NCBI RefSeq assembly: GCF_009914755.1
Contig: NC_060927.1
Direction: 5' to 3' (one strand)
From: the human T2T-CHM13v2.0 reference genome, Homo sapiens
DNA: 64,000 nucleotides
The notes under the pieces were generated by a model, which had not been told where the DNA came from, did no database searches, and saw only the letters and a list, made by a program, of their open reading frames with translations. A program made the position numbers and the translations under genes. Each line of letters begins with the position of its first letter. Position 1 is the stretch's first letter. Positions 11,947-26,789 of this stretch are shown one piece after another.

Positions 11947-14015
11947 CTAGTCTAAAGGAAGAGGAACTATCATTTCAAACCTCTAACAACATTCTAAAGC
12001 AGGATATCTAGCCAACCCTAAACTTTTCCAAATTCTAAGGCAGTATACGAAATCATTATGAATATGTTGCTTAATGTTTGTTACAGCTAGCATATAATGA
12101 GCTAACTACCACATTTTTTTTTCAGTTTAATTTCATAGGAAGTTAGAAAGAATGGAAAGGGAGCATATGTGAGCCTCAGAAGTGAACTTCCTAAATCTTC
12201 CAATGGCTCATCCAGCTTCTCACCAACTCACTGCCTTTAATAGTCAAAGACTTTAGATAAGCAGAGATACCACAGAAAAGATCAGTGGCCAGTAAAACAT
12301 GACATTTTTTAATGTCCCCTCCCCCAAAATATTATAATTTATTGGATTGATTTTTATGAAAGCTATACTTAGTTTACTCATGACCATTTTATAAAATTGG
12401 CATTACAATTTTAATATGTTATAACATATAGTAATTTTTTAATTGTGATGAGGGTGGCTGGTCATATTTATAAAGTATCCAATGCCAAGTTCTGGGTCAG
12501 AAATTCAACGTTTAATTTTAGAATTATTCCTAAGGGAAATAATAATCTGCTTCATAAATGCTATTTAAACTATAGTTTTCAGGAATATTTTGAGTCAGAA
12601 CAAAATGACTACCAATAATTTTAGTTAGAAATAAAGTGGAACAAATTTTCAAACAAAATATAAGAAGAATTGAGTTATCACAGCATTAAATTCTGCCCAA
12701 ATTAAAATTGTGAAATGGAAACATTTGTCTTGGATCACTCTGCTCTCTAGTTCAACTCTTCAGCTCCTGGCATCCAAAATTTTAGTTATCCCCCTTGGTT
12801 TTCCAGAATCCTAGACTATGACTATGCCTTTCTCTCCCAACCTCACCCACTCATATACACAAACTTGGACTTGCCTTCTTCAAGACAAAGTAGCCTAATC
12901 TAAAATGACTCTTCCTTTCCTTTAGCTGCTTAATCAGAGGAAAGAAAACTGGGTATGTTAACTAACAGGAAGATATTAAAACTGAATTACTAACTTAGTC
13001 TTCTACCCAACAATTTTGAGAGAAACTATTAAATGAAAAGACTGAACTCCAATGGCATAATTCTAGACTGCCTGCAGAGTAGATAAGTGACAACTGTGGC
13101 TTGACTTTTTGCTAGTTTGTCCCTGATTCTCCTGCACAATTCTAACGAGCCTTAGAAGAATTTAGAAGATGACTCAAGATGTGTAGCATCAAGGCACAAA
13201 TTCCATTGAAGTTACAAATGATCTTGAAGGTCAAGAGTAAGTAACTGTTAGGACCATTAATTCTTTCATCTGTAAAATGGAAAGGATAACCATAGCTCTC
13301 CTGCAATGCTCAGAGAAAATTGCCTAAGAAATTAATCCACAACACTTGAGAAGCGAAACTTCTCACTTTACGTAAAACTCAGTGCCGTAGTGGTACTTGT
13401 CATTGTCCACCTAAAATGGATTGGACCATTTGCTTACCTTCAGAAAGTTTCATACTTTTCAGAAAAACTACCATTTACTTTTTAAAATTAAGCTTCAGCT
13501 ACCCAATTTAAAATGATAATTTTCCAATTATACTTGTCAAGCGAGCTTCTTTAGTTGCTGAGAAGGGGTAAATTATGATTGCAAAACAAAGAAATGTTCT
13601 TGTGACACATTCATTCAAGACTGACTTCTAATTCTTGGGTTGTAATTTATAACTAATTCTTAAATACAGTTTAAATCTCAACATTTTTAAAAATAGTTAC
13701 TGTGTGCAAGGCACAGTGCAAGGACAGAGTGCAAGATGGGTGATGCAGTGATGAATAAACGAGGGATCCTCATTTCAAAGAGCTTGCGGACTTTGTATTA
13801 ATTTGTTTAAAGACTATATTGAAGCTCTGGTTGGAAATTTAATTGCTCAGGGAAAGAGCAGAACAGGAAAAGAATAGGCCTAAGGATGCAATCAAGATAT
13901 TTCTAGAGAAGGTGGCCTCTTGAGGTAATTGAGACAAGTGATCGGTTAATCAGTGAAGTCAGTTAAAGCCAAAAATTATAAAAGTGATGCAAAGACACCT
14001 TAAAACATATAAATG

Positions 14016-14341
14016 GGCCGTACGCAGTGGCTCATGCCTGTAATCCCAGCACTTTGGGAGGCCAAAGCGGGCAGACTGCTTGAGCCCAGGAATTGGAGAC
14101 CAGCCTGAGCAACATTGCAAAACCCCGTATCTACAAAAAAATACAAAAATTAGCCAGGCATTGTGGTTCACACCTGTAATCCCAGCTACTCAGAACAATG
14201 AGACGGGAGGATCACTTGAACCAGGGAGGTCCAGGCTGCAGTGAGCCCTGATGGTGCCACTGCTCTTCAGCCTGGGTGACAGAGCGAGACCCTGTCTCAA
14301 AATAAATAAATAAGAATAAAAATAATAAAGAATAAAATAAG
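14016..14341 (+). mobile_element. Alu (AluJ-like)
   Basis: Full dimer; degenerate TSD aaacatataaatg / aaacatatcactg. Confidence 0.95.
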
Positions 14342-16449
14342 AAACATATCACTGTACTTTCACTGAATTCTCTTTTAATGTGGGACCCAAGGCCTCTGCT
14401 TTACGGGTGGACCTGTTGTTGGTTAGGGCTTAGGTTTGTCTTTTAGCCATAGAACACCATTCACAGTTTCCAGTTTCAGCTTCATTGAGTGGTGGATGGT
14501 AAGGTAATGTCAATGTAAAATACATCTAAATGTAAAGGATTTTTTTTTTCTTGGTCTTGGTGCTCACCTAATTTGACTGCAATTTTTCTTTAAGCTATCA
14601 GCCATCATGGAGCTTTTCCAAAGCATTCACCTTAATTTTCATAGAAATAACTCTTTTTTAGCCTCATATTTCTTAGTTTGCATAATATTTGGTTAAATTA
14701 CATAATGAAAACAGCAAGAATTGCATAAACAGTCTTAGAATAAACCACTTGTCTCTGCTAAGCACACAGCTCAATTGACATGTACATACCTACTCGAGAT
14801 TAGCTTATGTGCCAGTCTTCAGCCCTGAAGTGTGGAGGGGAAGGACAGGGAGGCTTCTGTTGATCTGATTTGCAGAGAAGAGGAGAGCCTCCTCTAATCG
14901 AGTGAGTTGCGTAAGTAACATTAATTGCTTCTACTATACATTCAAATGACTAGTAAGGTAACAGGAGGAATTGTTGGTCGAGAAAAATTATGTGAGAAAA
15001 GTGACCAGGAAACCAAAGGAATCCAGAAGAGAGTTCTTCAAGAGAGGGGAGTGTTACTGATAGGACTACTGAGAGGGCAAGTAAAATAAAGCCAAACAGG
15101 CCATAGAGTTAACAGAGTAGGGATGAGGTAGAAAATTGCAAGAGTATGGCAGATAAATGGGTAAAAGTAAATATGAAAAGAGGTGTGGTAAGGGTGAACT
15201 TTGGTGTTAATATGTTTGGCTGAGAAGGGAGATTAAATTGGGTGTAGCTTCAATAGAAGAAACCAGGTTAAAATAAAGTTTGCTTTTTGGTTTTGAGTCT
15301 TGGCTTCATTTGATTTTTGGTTTTTGGCTTGTTTGGATAGCATATACTTAACAGTGTTTGGAAAGGAACCAGTGGAGAGAGATAGGTTGAAGATGTGAAG
15401 AGTTACATTTAAGAATAGATTCTAAGAAGCAAAGAAGGGTCTGCCTCAGTCATTAGAATGTATGGACCATTATTTCTTATGGCAATATCCTATCACACAG
15501 TAGTTCATTTTCCATATTAAAGGCTCAATAAATTATTGAACAAATGATCTGAAGAGTTACTAAAAAGAAGGAATTTGAAAAGATTGCCTAGATAACTGAA
15601 CAAGAAATTTGTTTGAGGGCCTAAGGTCTTGTGTGCTTGTATTAATTTACTTTGATTAAATGGGTACACTCAAAAAATGGGCATGAGTTTATAATAATAT
15701 CCCCAATAGAGAATCTGCAAGACAATACCTATGCATAATATTTAAGAAGAGAAACTATTTCTTCTTTGAAAAGAGTAATTGGTCCATTAAAATTCTTTTT
15801 ATGTTAATTGTTAGATGTGATGCTTACTAAGTAGTTTATGACATATGCAAATATTTCATAATGTTAAATGGATTTAGAATGTAAAGTGGTATAAACAATA
15901 TAATCACAAGAATGTTAAAATATTTATAGAAAAACTTTTATTATATCTTACTACTTTTAGGTAATTAGATGAAGAGAGAGAAAAAAGGTGAGTATTTTTT
16001 AGTAACCCATGATAATCAATTTATTCTCTTCAGGATAATGATGCTTTCTACTCATTCGCAGTCTTTAACATTGTTGAGCATATCTGTGATCATAAGATCT
16101 GTTTTCTAAGAGGAGTGAGTTGATATCACACCATATCAAAGGAGGACAAGATCCCCAGCACTGGAACTGCCATTGCACACATTTCTCCCATCCTCTTTCT
16201 CTTCCATCAACTAAGTGTGCTTTCTAGTTGATCTCAGATGTGACTAGCATGATGTGTTGTATTTGTATTTCTTTTTGTTTGAGAAATTTAAAAAGCTTCA
16301 CAAACAACATCTAAAAAATCTCTTTAAAACACTTTAAAAAATAGACATCTCAACATTTTCTTTTACTAATCATGTCTAGCACTGTGCCTGGTACATAGTA
16401 AACACTGAATAAATTTTTACTGAGTAAATGAATCAACTTGGCACACAAG

Positions 16450-17275
16450 ATGGAATCTATTTTTCACCCCTGCCATATGTCAAAATAAAAAGCAGAGGAA
16501 TTCATAAGATAAATGTTAGAAAGAGAGATAAGAAGAAAAAAATCTAGAGGAAAATATAGGATAACATTTATCTGATTTAAAATGTAGTACAACTTTCTAA
16601 GTAGAGAAGCATTAGAAAAAATGGCAAGGGAAAGCAAACAGATTGGACTACTTGAAAATTAAACTGTTGAATTTCAAACAATACTAAAAAATTTAAAAGC
16701 AAACGCATAGGGAAATATTTATACAGATTAAATAGATTGCATAAATTACAACTTTCAATTAAATAACTGTACATTGTTGAAAACACTAAGATAATTAAAG
16801 AATTACAAAGTTCATAAACAGATAATTCATAGAGTAGAAACAACTGAAAACTTTGTAAGAAAGTTTTCAATCTCATTAGCAATTAAAGAAATGGAAACAC
16901 TACTAATAATCTTTTATCATTAATAAAATTAGCAAAGTTTTAAAAAAGTTCATATTAAAATTAATTCAATATGGTAAAAAATTTTAAAAGATATGCTGCA
17001 AAGAGAACTATAAATTGATACACATTTTCTGGAAAGCAAATTGGCAATATGATCAAGACCATAAAATATTCATTCAGGCTCTTATTTAGTAATTTCCCTT
17101 CTAGAAATCTATCCATAGAAAGTAATCTGGATCCCAGAGAAACATTTTTCATGCAAAGATTATCATTACAAATCTAGCTATTGTAGGAAAAATAAATAGA
17201 AACAACCTAAAGGTTGAACTGTTGAAGAATAGTTAAGTTATGGTATAAAGAGTAGAATATTAACCGGCAATTTCA
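16450..17275 (+). mobile_element. Old LINE-1 (L1M/L1ME-type) 3' fragment
   Basis: Degenerate ORF2 end: aaaatctagaggaaaatatagg, tcaatctcattagcaattaaagaaatg, ttttctggaaagcaaattggcaatat. Confidence 0.65.
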
Positions 17276-17284
17276 ACTGGTTAT

Positions 17285-17730
17285 GCTAGTGTGGGATCCT
17301 CAGAAATGGACCCGAAAGAAAGGGTTAATGTGAAAAAGGATTATTAAGAGGAATTCATATTTGAAAAAACAGTAAGGTAGTGGGAGGGATGGCAAACAAG
17401 CAAAATCCCTTAGAAAGTAACTTTTGCTCAATCTCTCAGAAGAGCTGTAGAGAAAGTATAGATCATACCTCAGAGTTGGTTCCATTGGGAGCAAGGAAGC
17501 TGCAGTATTTATATTCTTGTTCCATGAAGTCATTGATTAAGGGATAGGGCAAGGGGAGTAAATTCCCAGAAACTTCCCTACCATTTATGTACAAGCAGAC
17601 TGAGGGTAGTCCCCCAAAAAAAGCCTGTTACTGGCTGTTGAGAATGAAAGCATACTGAAAGCCTGTGTGCAGGAAAATGGTAAAGGTGTTCAAGTGAATA
17701 TGCATGTAGTGCTTACATTATCCACTAAAC
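17285..17730. mobile_element. LTR16-like (ERV-L class) LTR remnant
   Basis: gggatcctcagaaatggacccgaaagaaaggg..aaaaggattatt resembles the LTR16-family terminus as I remember it. Confidence 0.4.
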
Positions 17731-18164
17731 CAATGCTTTCAATGAATACTCAATAATATGTTGAATGCTGAGATAAAAGTAGGTTCAAAATACTGTATAG
17801 GGAGACCAGATTTACACCACAGCCTGGAACAACTAAAAAACTGTACCAAACATATGAAACAATGATTTCAAACATTAGACAAAAAGCAAAAGTAATCCTA
17901 AAGAGACAGGAAACAAAAGCAGCAAGGCTTATGTTTGTTTTCTACCTATTTCCTGGAGAGGAGGATGCAGCATTTAGATGGGGGAATCCAGGTGGAGCAT
18001 GGCAATCTCTCTAATAGAGGACACAACCTGGGAGAACAAAGAGGCATTTTGCATTAGGGGAAGCTGGAGGAAGGGTGTACAGAAACTGTACTATTTCTGC
18101 AATTTTTCTGGAAGTCTAACATTACTTTAAAAATTTTTAAGTTTTTAAATGTTTCCAAAAGAAA

Positions 18165-19350
<1,186 letters not shown>

Positions 19351-19639
19351 TTTATGGAAGTCATCCTAATAAGTATATATTTTTTCTTTAAAGCATTGGG
19401 AAGTTATTGATGAATATTAAACAGGGAGGGACATAATGTCTTTAATTTAGAATCTTTCCCTTGAGAGTAGTGTGAACACCAGATCTGAGAGTGGCAAAAC
19501 CAGAGAGAGAGAGAGGGGTATTAGAACGTCATTAAACTTATACTGTAAATGACTAATAAGGATGGTGGCAGTGAGAATTGAGATGAAATGTGAGAGAAAA
19601 ACTCCAGGTAGAATTGAATTGATGATTCGTTGTATGGAA

Positions 19640-20127
19640 TGTATTAGTCGGTGTTTTCCAGAGAAACAGAAACAATCTAAGGAATTGGCTCATGCAATTA
19701 TGGAAGATGAGAAATCCAAGATCTGCACTTGGAAGGTCGGAGACACAGTAGAGATGATATTTTACTTCCAGTTCAAACCTACAGGACTGAAAACTAGGAG
19801 AGATGATGGTGTAAGATCCAGTCTGAGTCCAAGTCCAAATGCTAGAGAAGACCAATATCTGTCTGAAGATTGATGTCTGTTTGAAGAAGTCAGGCAGTGA
19901 GAAAGAATTTCTCACTGGGTCTTCAATCCTATTCAGTTCTTGTACAACTTGGATGAGCCCCACAAACATTGGGGAGGGCAGTCTGCTTTTGCCAATTCTA
20001 ATGTTTACCAGTTTGCCAATTCTAATGTTAATCTCATCCAGAAACTGACACACCTAGAAACATGTTTAACCAAATATCTGGGAAGCCTGTGGCCTAGCCA
20101 AGTTGACACATAAAATAAATCATCACA
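19640..20127 (-). mobile_element. MLT2 3' LTR of an ERV-L provirus
   Basis: tgtattagtc...caagttgacacataaaataaatcatcaca is the reverse of MLT2 TGTGATGGTTAATTTTATGTGTCAACTTG...CTAATACA. A PPT-like ttgacaacgagtgaact lies adjacent on the minus strand. Confidence 0.92.
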
Positions 20128-20789
20128 AGTTCACTCGTTGTCAATATGGCACCCATAGGGATCTCCTTAAACATAGTTAATCTCCAAATATAGATAATAA
20201 CAAGGTTATAATTCAATTTACATGATACAACTATCATGTGTACAACCAAAAGCGTGCTAACCTCTTCCCCAGAAGAGGAGGTAAAGTCCTTGAGTGATGT
20301 TTATTTTTCTCCTGGTATTGCATAACTTAAATACATTAATATAATGTATACTTATATTAATGTATCAAAAATACTTAAATACTATGACATAAAGTCAATT
20401 CAACTTATGTTACATGATAAAGGAATAAGAGACAGAAGAAAATAAAGATGTTTAGTATATATGTATGTGTGTGTATATATGTCCATGTTTATGTATACAT
20501 GCATATTCATACACACAAACATATTCATAACAAAAGAAGTAGAAACACTCATAAGGACAATTTCAGTCCTCATGTCTGTAACTGGTCATGTGGTCATTGC
20601 TTGTTTTTATGACTACTTCCATTATCAATTCTGTATTTTTTATTTGCTTTCAGCAAACGTCAAGGCTGATCATGGTCCTTTACCTGGTAGAGTGGCCCAA
20701 ACCTTCATTTCTGAAAGGTCTGATTCATTAGAAGTCTTGCCTGGACTGGGTTATTGTAGTTTTCCATTAACCTAAATCACAAGTCATAG

Positions 20790-21075
20790 TAATTCTAAGA
20801 GACGCCCCAAGGGATCTCCAATATTCCAGACATTCTCTTACTTTTACCTCCATTGTGAAGTATTCTAATTCCCCTTGGTAGTTAAGATCAATCACCCCAG
20901 CCAGCCTAAAAACTCCCTTCTTATACTGTTGGTTCAGATGCATAAGGAGTTTAAACTGGCCAGAGAGCAGTCCTAACTTCCAGTTCAATGGAATCATTAC
21001 TTTGTTTCCTCGTGGAAAATTTTCTCCCTTTGGAACCAAGACCTTTAGGCCAGCAGAGCATAAGGGTGGGAACAG
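20790..21075 (-). pseudogene. ERV-L dUTPase remnant downstream of integrase
   Basis: Retroviral dUTPase motifs (SAGL, IPLNWKL, GVIDxxYQG) in the position typical of ERV-L. Confidence 0.8.
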
Positions 21076-23524
21076 GAAGCAAACATTTTGCCAATAGTCC
21101 AATAGTGATAATGGCGAGTGGTGCCACTTCCTTTCCACCACTTGATTCCCAGACTTTGGAATCCTGGCTATGGGAGAAGCTGATTCAGATTATATACAAC
21201 GTTTTGGAAAATCTTGCTGCATCCCTGCAAGTTACTGCCACCTAACTATTACTATTACTGATTCTTCAAAAGGCCATTCCACTGTTCTGTCAAACAAACT
21301 GCTTCAGAATGGTGGGAAACATGATAAGACCAGTAAATTTCATGAACATGGGTCATTGCCACACTTCATTTCCTGTGAACTGAGTTTCTTGATTATAAGA
21401 AACGCTGTGTGGAAGATCATTATGATGGGCAAGGCATTCTTTAAGTTCATGAATTGCTGTTTTAGCAGAAGCATTGCATGCAAGCAAGAAAAAAATTATA
21501 CCCAGAATAAGTTTTTATTCCACTAAGAACAAAATGCTGCCCATTCCATAATGAAAGCAGGCCAATGTAATCAAACTGACACATTACCTTCTCTCTCCTA
21601 CTCTATATCTGTGGCATCCTAGAGAGTTCCCTATGATCAGTTGACAGAGGAGAAGACTCAGATGAACCTGAGCCAAAGTTTATTGATTACCTGACATCTA
21701 TTGGCCTCTAATGTGACTGGTGGACCACAGTGATGTTTGAGTCTTCTACAATTATTGTCAGTTCAGAGCCACTGTCCAGTAGTCCCCAAAGGTCTGATTA
21801 TTTCCTTCTCCTCAGTGAATAGTTACCCTAATAAAAGACTATAGATCCCTTTGGGGAAGGCTGGGAGAAAGATTAACAGTATAAATTTTTGGCAGTTTTC
21901 CTTTTATTAGTCAGGTAGATTCTTGTCCACCTGACCTAAAACTTTTTGGCTTATACAGATCAAACAATAATTTCGTATGTTTCCTATTTTATTTTTAGGA
22001 ACATCATGATTAACTATCCAATGTCACATTCTGTGCGAGTCAGACTATTCTGATTGCTGCTTTGACTCTGCTGTTCATTACAGTAACCATATCCACTTTG
22101 CCTTTTGTGGTTGAGTGCTGTCACTTTGCCCCTGCCACCCTGGGATTCAATTATTCCTGTTGCATTTATATTTTTCAATTTAGTGACCACAGTCCCCACT
22201 ATAGTGTTCAGCCTACAGAGAAGAATGATTACAGAGCTCTTTCAGGATGTCAGGGCTCCTTTTATGAAATTATTTCTCAGAGTAGTGGTGAAAGTTTTGT
22301 CTTCTGGACCCTTCCAAGTGGGTGAGTAGGTATTAAATGACAAATTCACTCTACCATTTCAATCTCCCTAAGCATTTGAATTCCTTCTAATACATTAAAC
22401 TAAGGCAGGTCTGGCATTTCTATTTCACTCATGATGGGTCCCATTTTGGTCCATGTTTTAGACAACCAACCGGACACACTGGTGGTAGAGCCTTTCCTCA
22501 CTCCATGAGCTGCAATATTAAATGGAGAATCTCTGCTTAGTGAGACCAAAATAAGTTCATACTGATCCAACTTTATGTTTCTATTATCATTATCCCACTT
22601 CCTCAATATTCATTCTACACATGTTCCCCAGATTTTTGTTGTGTAAATATAAAATAGTTCTTTTGGAATGTAGCATACTTCCTCATGAGATACAGCTTAT
22701 ATTTTTCTATTAGGGACTTACTAGGACTTGAGTCTAGTCTAGAAGCAAAGTGGGGTGTTGGTGGGGTCCTGAGGAGAGTCAGTATTATCTTTCATGGTAG
22801 CTGTTGCAGCGGAGGCCACCTCAGTTTCCTTAGGCAATGCAGGATTGATCCCCTCAGATTCAGGTGGAAAGGCCAAAAATACGAGGGGTGGGAGTCACTA
22901 ACCCCTGAGGGTAGGGAAGCTACTTCTACTAGAGAAGCTGTTTTTACAGTCTTCTGAAGAGAAGATTCATCAGAATTTAGGGACTCAATGTCCCCAGCTT
23001 CATTAGGATCTTCTTTCCACATATGCATATTCCAACTGATAGAACCCCTGTTTTTCCTAATCAATGCCCTCACTTTAAGAGTTGACACCATTCAAGACTG
23101 GGAGTTCAACTTGTGTTGTAATTTAGCCAATCACAGGATGAAATTCTGCATTTGATTTTCAGTAATCTGAGCCCTGGAACTGTGAGATAAGAGTCTCCTT
23201 TGGGCACACATAGATGCTTTTCAGATCATATAAATGCACCTGAGTTGAGAATTGGAATCCCTGAGCTCATCATTTTCTTTCACCACTTTGTCCAGCTGCA
23301 TTAGGAACAATCAGTTAGCCTTATTATATCTGTTAGATTTCCAAAATGTTTGTAAGCATCATATACACAGTCACCTAGCTCCTTGCTTCTTATGAGTAGT
23401 TGACTATGAGTATCCAATGGAGGTATGTTGCGTATCTCTGTTGCGAGATCATGTGAACGATCATCGATTACTTTACTACTGGACATGGTCATTAAAATAT
23501 TTAAATCTAACAATATTAGAGAGC

Positions 23525-23877
23525 TGTTTTAGTTCATTCAGGCTGCTACAACAAAATACCTTAGAATGGGTAATTCATAAACAACAGAAATTTATTGCTC
23601 ACAGTTCTGTAGTCTGGGAAGTCCAAAACCAAGGCACCAACAGATTCAGTTTCTTGTGACAGCTTTCTCTCTACTTTAAAGATGGCATCTTCTTGCTGCA
23701 TCTTAACATAACATAGGAGAAAACGTGCCTTTCAGTTCTTATCATGAGGGCACTAATCCTATTGATGGGGGTGGAGCCCTCATGACTTAATCACTTTTTT
23801 CAAGTCCCTATCTCTTGATACTATTACACTGAGGATTAAGTTTCAATATTTTGGGGTGATACATTCAGGTCATAGCA
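23525..23877 (-). mobile_element. MaLR solo LTR (MLT1A/MSTD-like) inserted in the ERV-L leader
   Basis: tgttttagttcattcaggctgctacaacaaaatacc...cattcaggtcatagca; perfect 5-bp TSD AGAGC (23520-23524, 23878-23882). Confidence 0.9.
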
Positions 23878-23964
23878 AGAGCCAACTCCAGAAAACCCAG
23901 AGCCAATTCAGAAAACTCATTCTTAAAATTCAATGCCTCTACAATCACTCTTGATACCAAAATC

Positions 23965-24341
23965 TGTGTTAGTCTGGGTTTTCCAAAGAAATAGAAGAAA
24001 TAGGATATATATTTTTCCTTATTGAAATACATTTACTAGAAGGAATTGGCTCATGGGACTATGGAGGCAGAAATGCCCAAGATCTGCAGTCTGCAAGCCG
24101 GATACCCAAGAGAGCGGATGGTATAGTTCCAGTCTGAGCTCAAAGGCTTGAGAATCAGGAGGGCTGATAATACAAGTTCCTGTCCGAGTCTAAGTGTGAA
24201 GGCAGAAGAGTGATGTCTTGTGTGAACACTGATATTCCAGTTTGAAGAGAGTCAGGCAGAAACACACCCAGAGAAATGTTTAATCAAATATCTGACTGAC
24301 CTGTGACTCAGTCAAATTGACACATAAAATTGACCATCATG
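23965..24341 (-). mobile_element. MLT2 5' LTR of the ERV-L provirus (internally deleted relative to the 3' LTR)
   Basis: tgtgttagtctgggttttcca...ttgacacataaaattgaccatcatg; provirus TSD tggaa (19635-19639) / tggag (24342-24346). Confidence 0.9.
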
Positions 24342-25861
24342 TGGAGGATAAAAATGAAAGAAAGGATCAAAGACAGCTTTCTGTTTTCTACTTTAGATCC
24401 TTGCATGAATGGTGGCTCCATACTTTCTAGAGAGAGTATGGAAGGAAGAACAGATTTGAGGCACATCTAAGAAGTTAGGTGCTAGGCATGTTTTATGAAG
24501 CAGGTACAGGGTATCCAATTATACATCATGGCTTTTGATCTGGATTAAAGATATAGAATTGAGAGCTAGTAGTATATAAGCTTTAGAGAGAGTGGATAAA
24601 ATTTCTCAGAAAAAGTATGCATAATAAGAAGAGTAGATGGTGAAGAATGGAGCTCTGGAAAATTGTTAACGTGAAAAGACAAGAAAGTTAATGGCACAGA
24701 GGCAAAATAAGGCAGAATGAGACCAGGAAGTCAAGGTAGGAGTTTTAAAAATGAGACAAAGGAAAATTGTATCATTCACTGCAGAGAGGTTATACGTGGT
24801 AAATATTGAAAAGTGTTCAACAGACATAGCAAACAGAAGATTCATGTTATATTCAGGAAGAGCAATTGCAGAGATGGAAAGGGTTGAGAAGTGACTTAGT
24901 GGAGAGGAGATAGAGACATGAAACATACACTACTCTGTCAGCAGCTTAGATTGATGGGAAGTGAAGAGATGACATAGGATGGAAATAGAGTCAAAGAAAG
25001 CTTTTAGAAAGTGCTGAGGTGAAGATTAGTGATGGGAAAAGGAATGACAAGGAACAGCTCCCTGGAGTGTTACAAGGCATAAAATCCAGGGCTTATAAAA
25101 AGGTGGGTTTTAGACACGCTGGGATCACTGCCCATTCATTTTTTTTCTCATCTAGATAAACATAGGTAAGTCTGTCGTTACAATATTCTATTGTACGTGA
25201 TAACAATTTCTATTTTTTAGATATGTGAACCTTTTGTATAAGCTTAGGAAATTGCTTTACTTCATGATTTCAAAAATTATCTATATCCAAATGGATAATA
25301 TATTTGAAAACGCTGCAAAATGTAAAGAGTTATATAACTTCCAGCAGCATAGTCACTGAGAATGATTTGAAAAAATATATAATTTTGTCCTTTACTCTCT
25401 ACCTCAATAATGATAATAAGTCCCAGGTTATGTGTTTCTTTTGTAAGACATTCACCCTTTTTGCCTTTCTTTCTCCTTCTATTTCTTCAAAATACCCTTC
25501 AAATCACTCTTGTGCCTATGGCCCACTTTTTTCTGCACTACTCTAACAATCTTCTAACAGTTCTCTACTTTGCCAATTTCTGTCCCTAGAATCTATCCTG
25601 AATACTGTAGCCAAATTTAATTTTCTTGAAACACTAATTGTAACTTTGCTATTCTATTCACAATTTCCCAGTGGCTTTCCCAAACTCTGCCCTGCATTAA
25701 ACACAAGATAAAGTTCATATTTCTTAGCCTAACATTCAAGGTATTCTATAATCTAGTCTTCACTTTCCTCTTCAACCTTCTCTCCAACTTCTACATAGCA
25801 TCTGCTTATCTTCCACATTGGTCAAATTGGTGTGTTCTTTTTTTCTTGAAAGTCATATGGA

Positions 25862-25988
25862 TGGGCCATATATTGTTTAAAAATTCAGGCACTGCACAAT
25901 ATTAGGAGACACCATTCAACTGCAATGTGATTGGTGCCCAGTAGGGTTGTGCACTGCACAACCTGTATAAATGTAAGTAGTGGCCCCT
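25862..25988. mobile_element. MER91-like palindromic hAT MITE
   Basis: gggcca...gcactgcacaa..caccattca..gtgattggtg..ttgtgcactgcacaacctg...ggccc; internal dyad symmetry. Confidence 0.7.
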
Positions 25989-26789
25989 ATTTCACAGCAG
26001 AAATATTATAGCTTCTGTCCTCCTTTCACATCATCACCTGCAGCTGAATTGCCATTTCCATTTTTTTAAAACCTGCATACAATAAAGTTGTAATAACGAG
26101 ATCAAATTTAAACTCATGAACCCAGGATTCAAAGCCTTCTTTAAGCTAACCTACTTCCACCATCTAATCTTACTCTCAACTTAAATTATCCGTTATAAGT
26201 GAGTCTACAATTAAGTCTCTGCAGATAGAATGCTTACCTCTAAACGATTTCATTCTCTTTCCTTCCTTCAATCATATTTTCTTCCCACCCTTTTCCAACA
26301 ATTCAAAAACAATTCATCCTTCTTTAATCAAAACAGCTTTCGCTGTCTCCACAAAATCTTCAACGATTATTCTATTCCACAATCATTCTTTCTTTCTTGA
26401 GTTACTATTAAGGTTATAATCTGTGCTGAAATATTTAACACTTGGACAATATCATTTCTTATATTCATTCATTTGTTATGCCTTACATTTTGTCAGCCAC
26501 CAACTAGACCGTGATTCCTCAGTGGTTGAAATGTCAGCTTTTCTATCGGTTGTACCCCTTGAACATAATACAAAGCCATACAATACATGTTCGTTGATTT
26601 GATATTTTCACTGAGATTTAAAAAATTGTAAAGGTAACTCTTACGTTAATCTGTGAAGGTCCTTAAAAAGTTAATTTAATCTGTAATTTATAGTGTAATT
26701 TTATAGTTTTTTACTACAAAAACTATAAACTATAAACTATTATCATTTGTATTTGTATTTCATGAGAAATTAGGCTCTCATTCTTTATC

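Larger units (their letters stand above)
20128..23964 (-). mobile_element. ERV-L internal region: degenerate gag, protease, integrase and dUTPase; RT largely deleted
   Basis: PBS-like GATTTTGGTATCAAGAGTG next to the 5' LTR (HERV-L Leu type). Protease GLLDSGSELT at ~21790-21757, integrase at ~21200-21580, dUTPase remnant LCSAGLKVLVP..IPLNWKL..LAGVIDLNYQG in ORF 20767-21141. Confidence 0.9.
19390..25080 (-). mobile_element. L2 LINE split by the ERV-L provirus (pieces ~19390-19639 and ~24342-25080)
   Basis: Purine-rich L2-type text (gatggtggcagtgagaattgag; aaaggatcaaagacagctttc..gaagaacagatttg) appears contiguous across the provirus. Confidence 0.6.
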
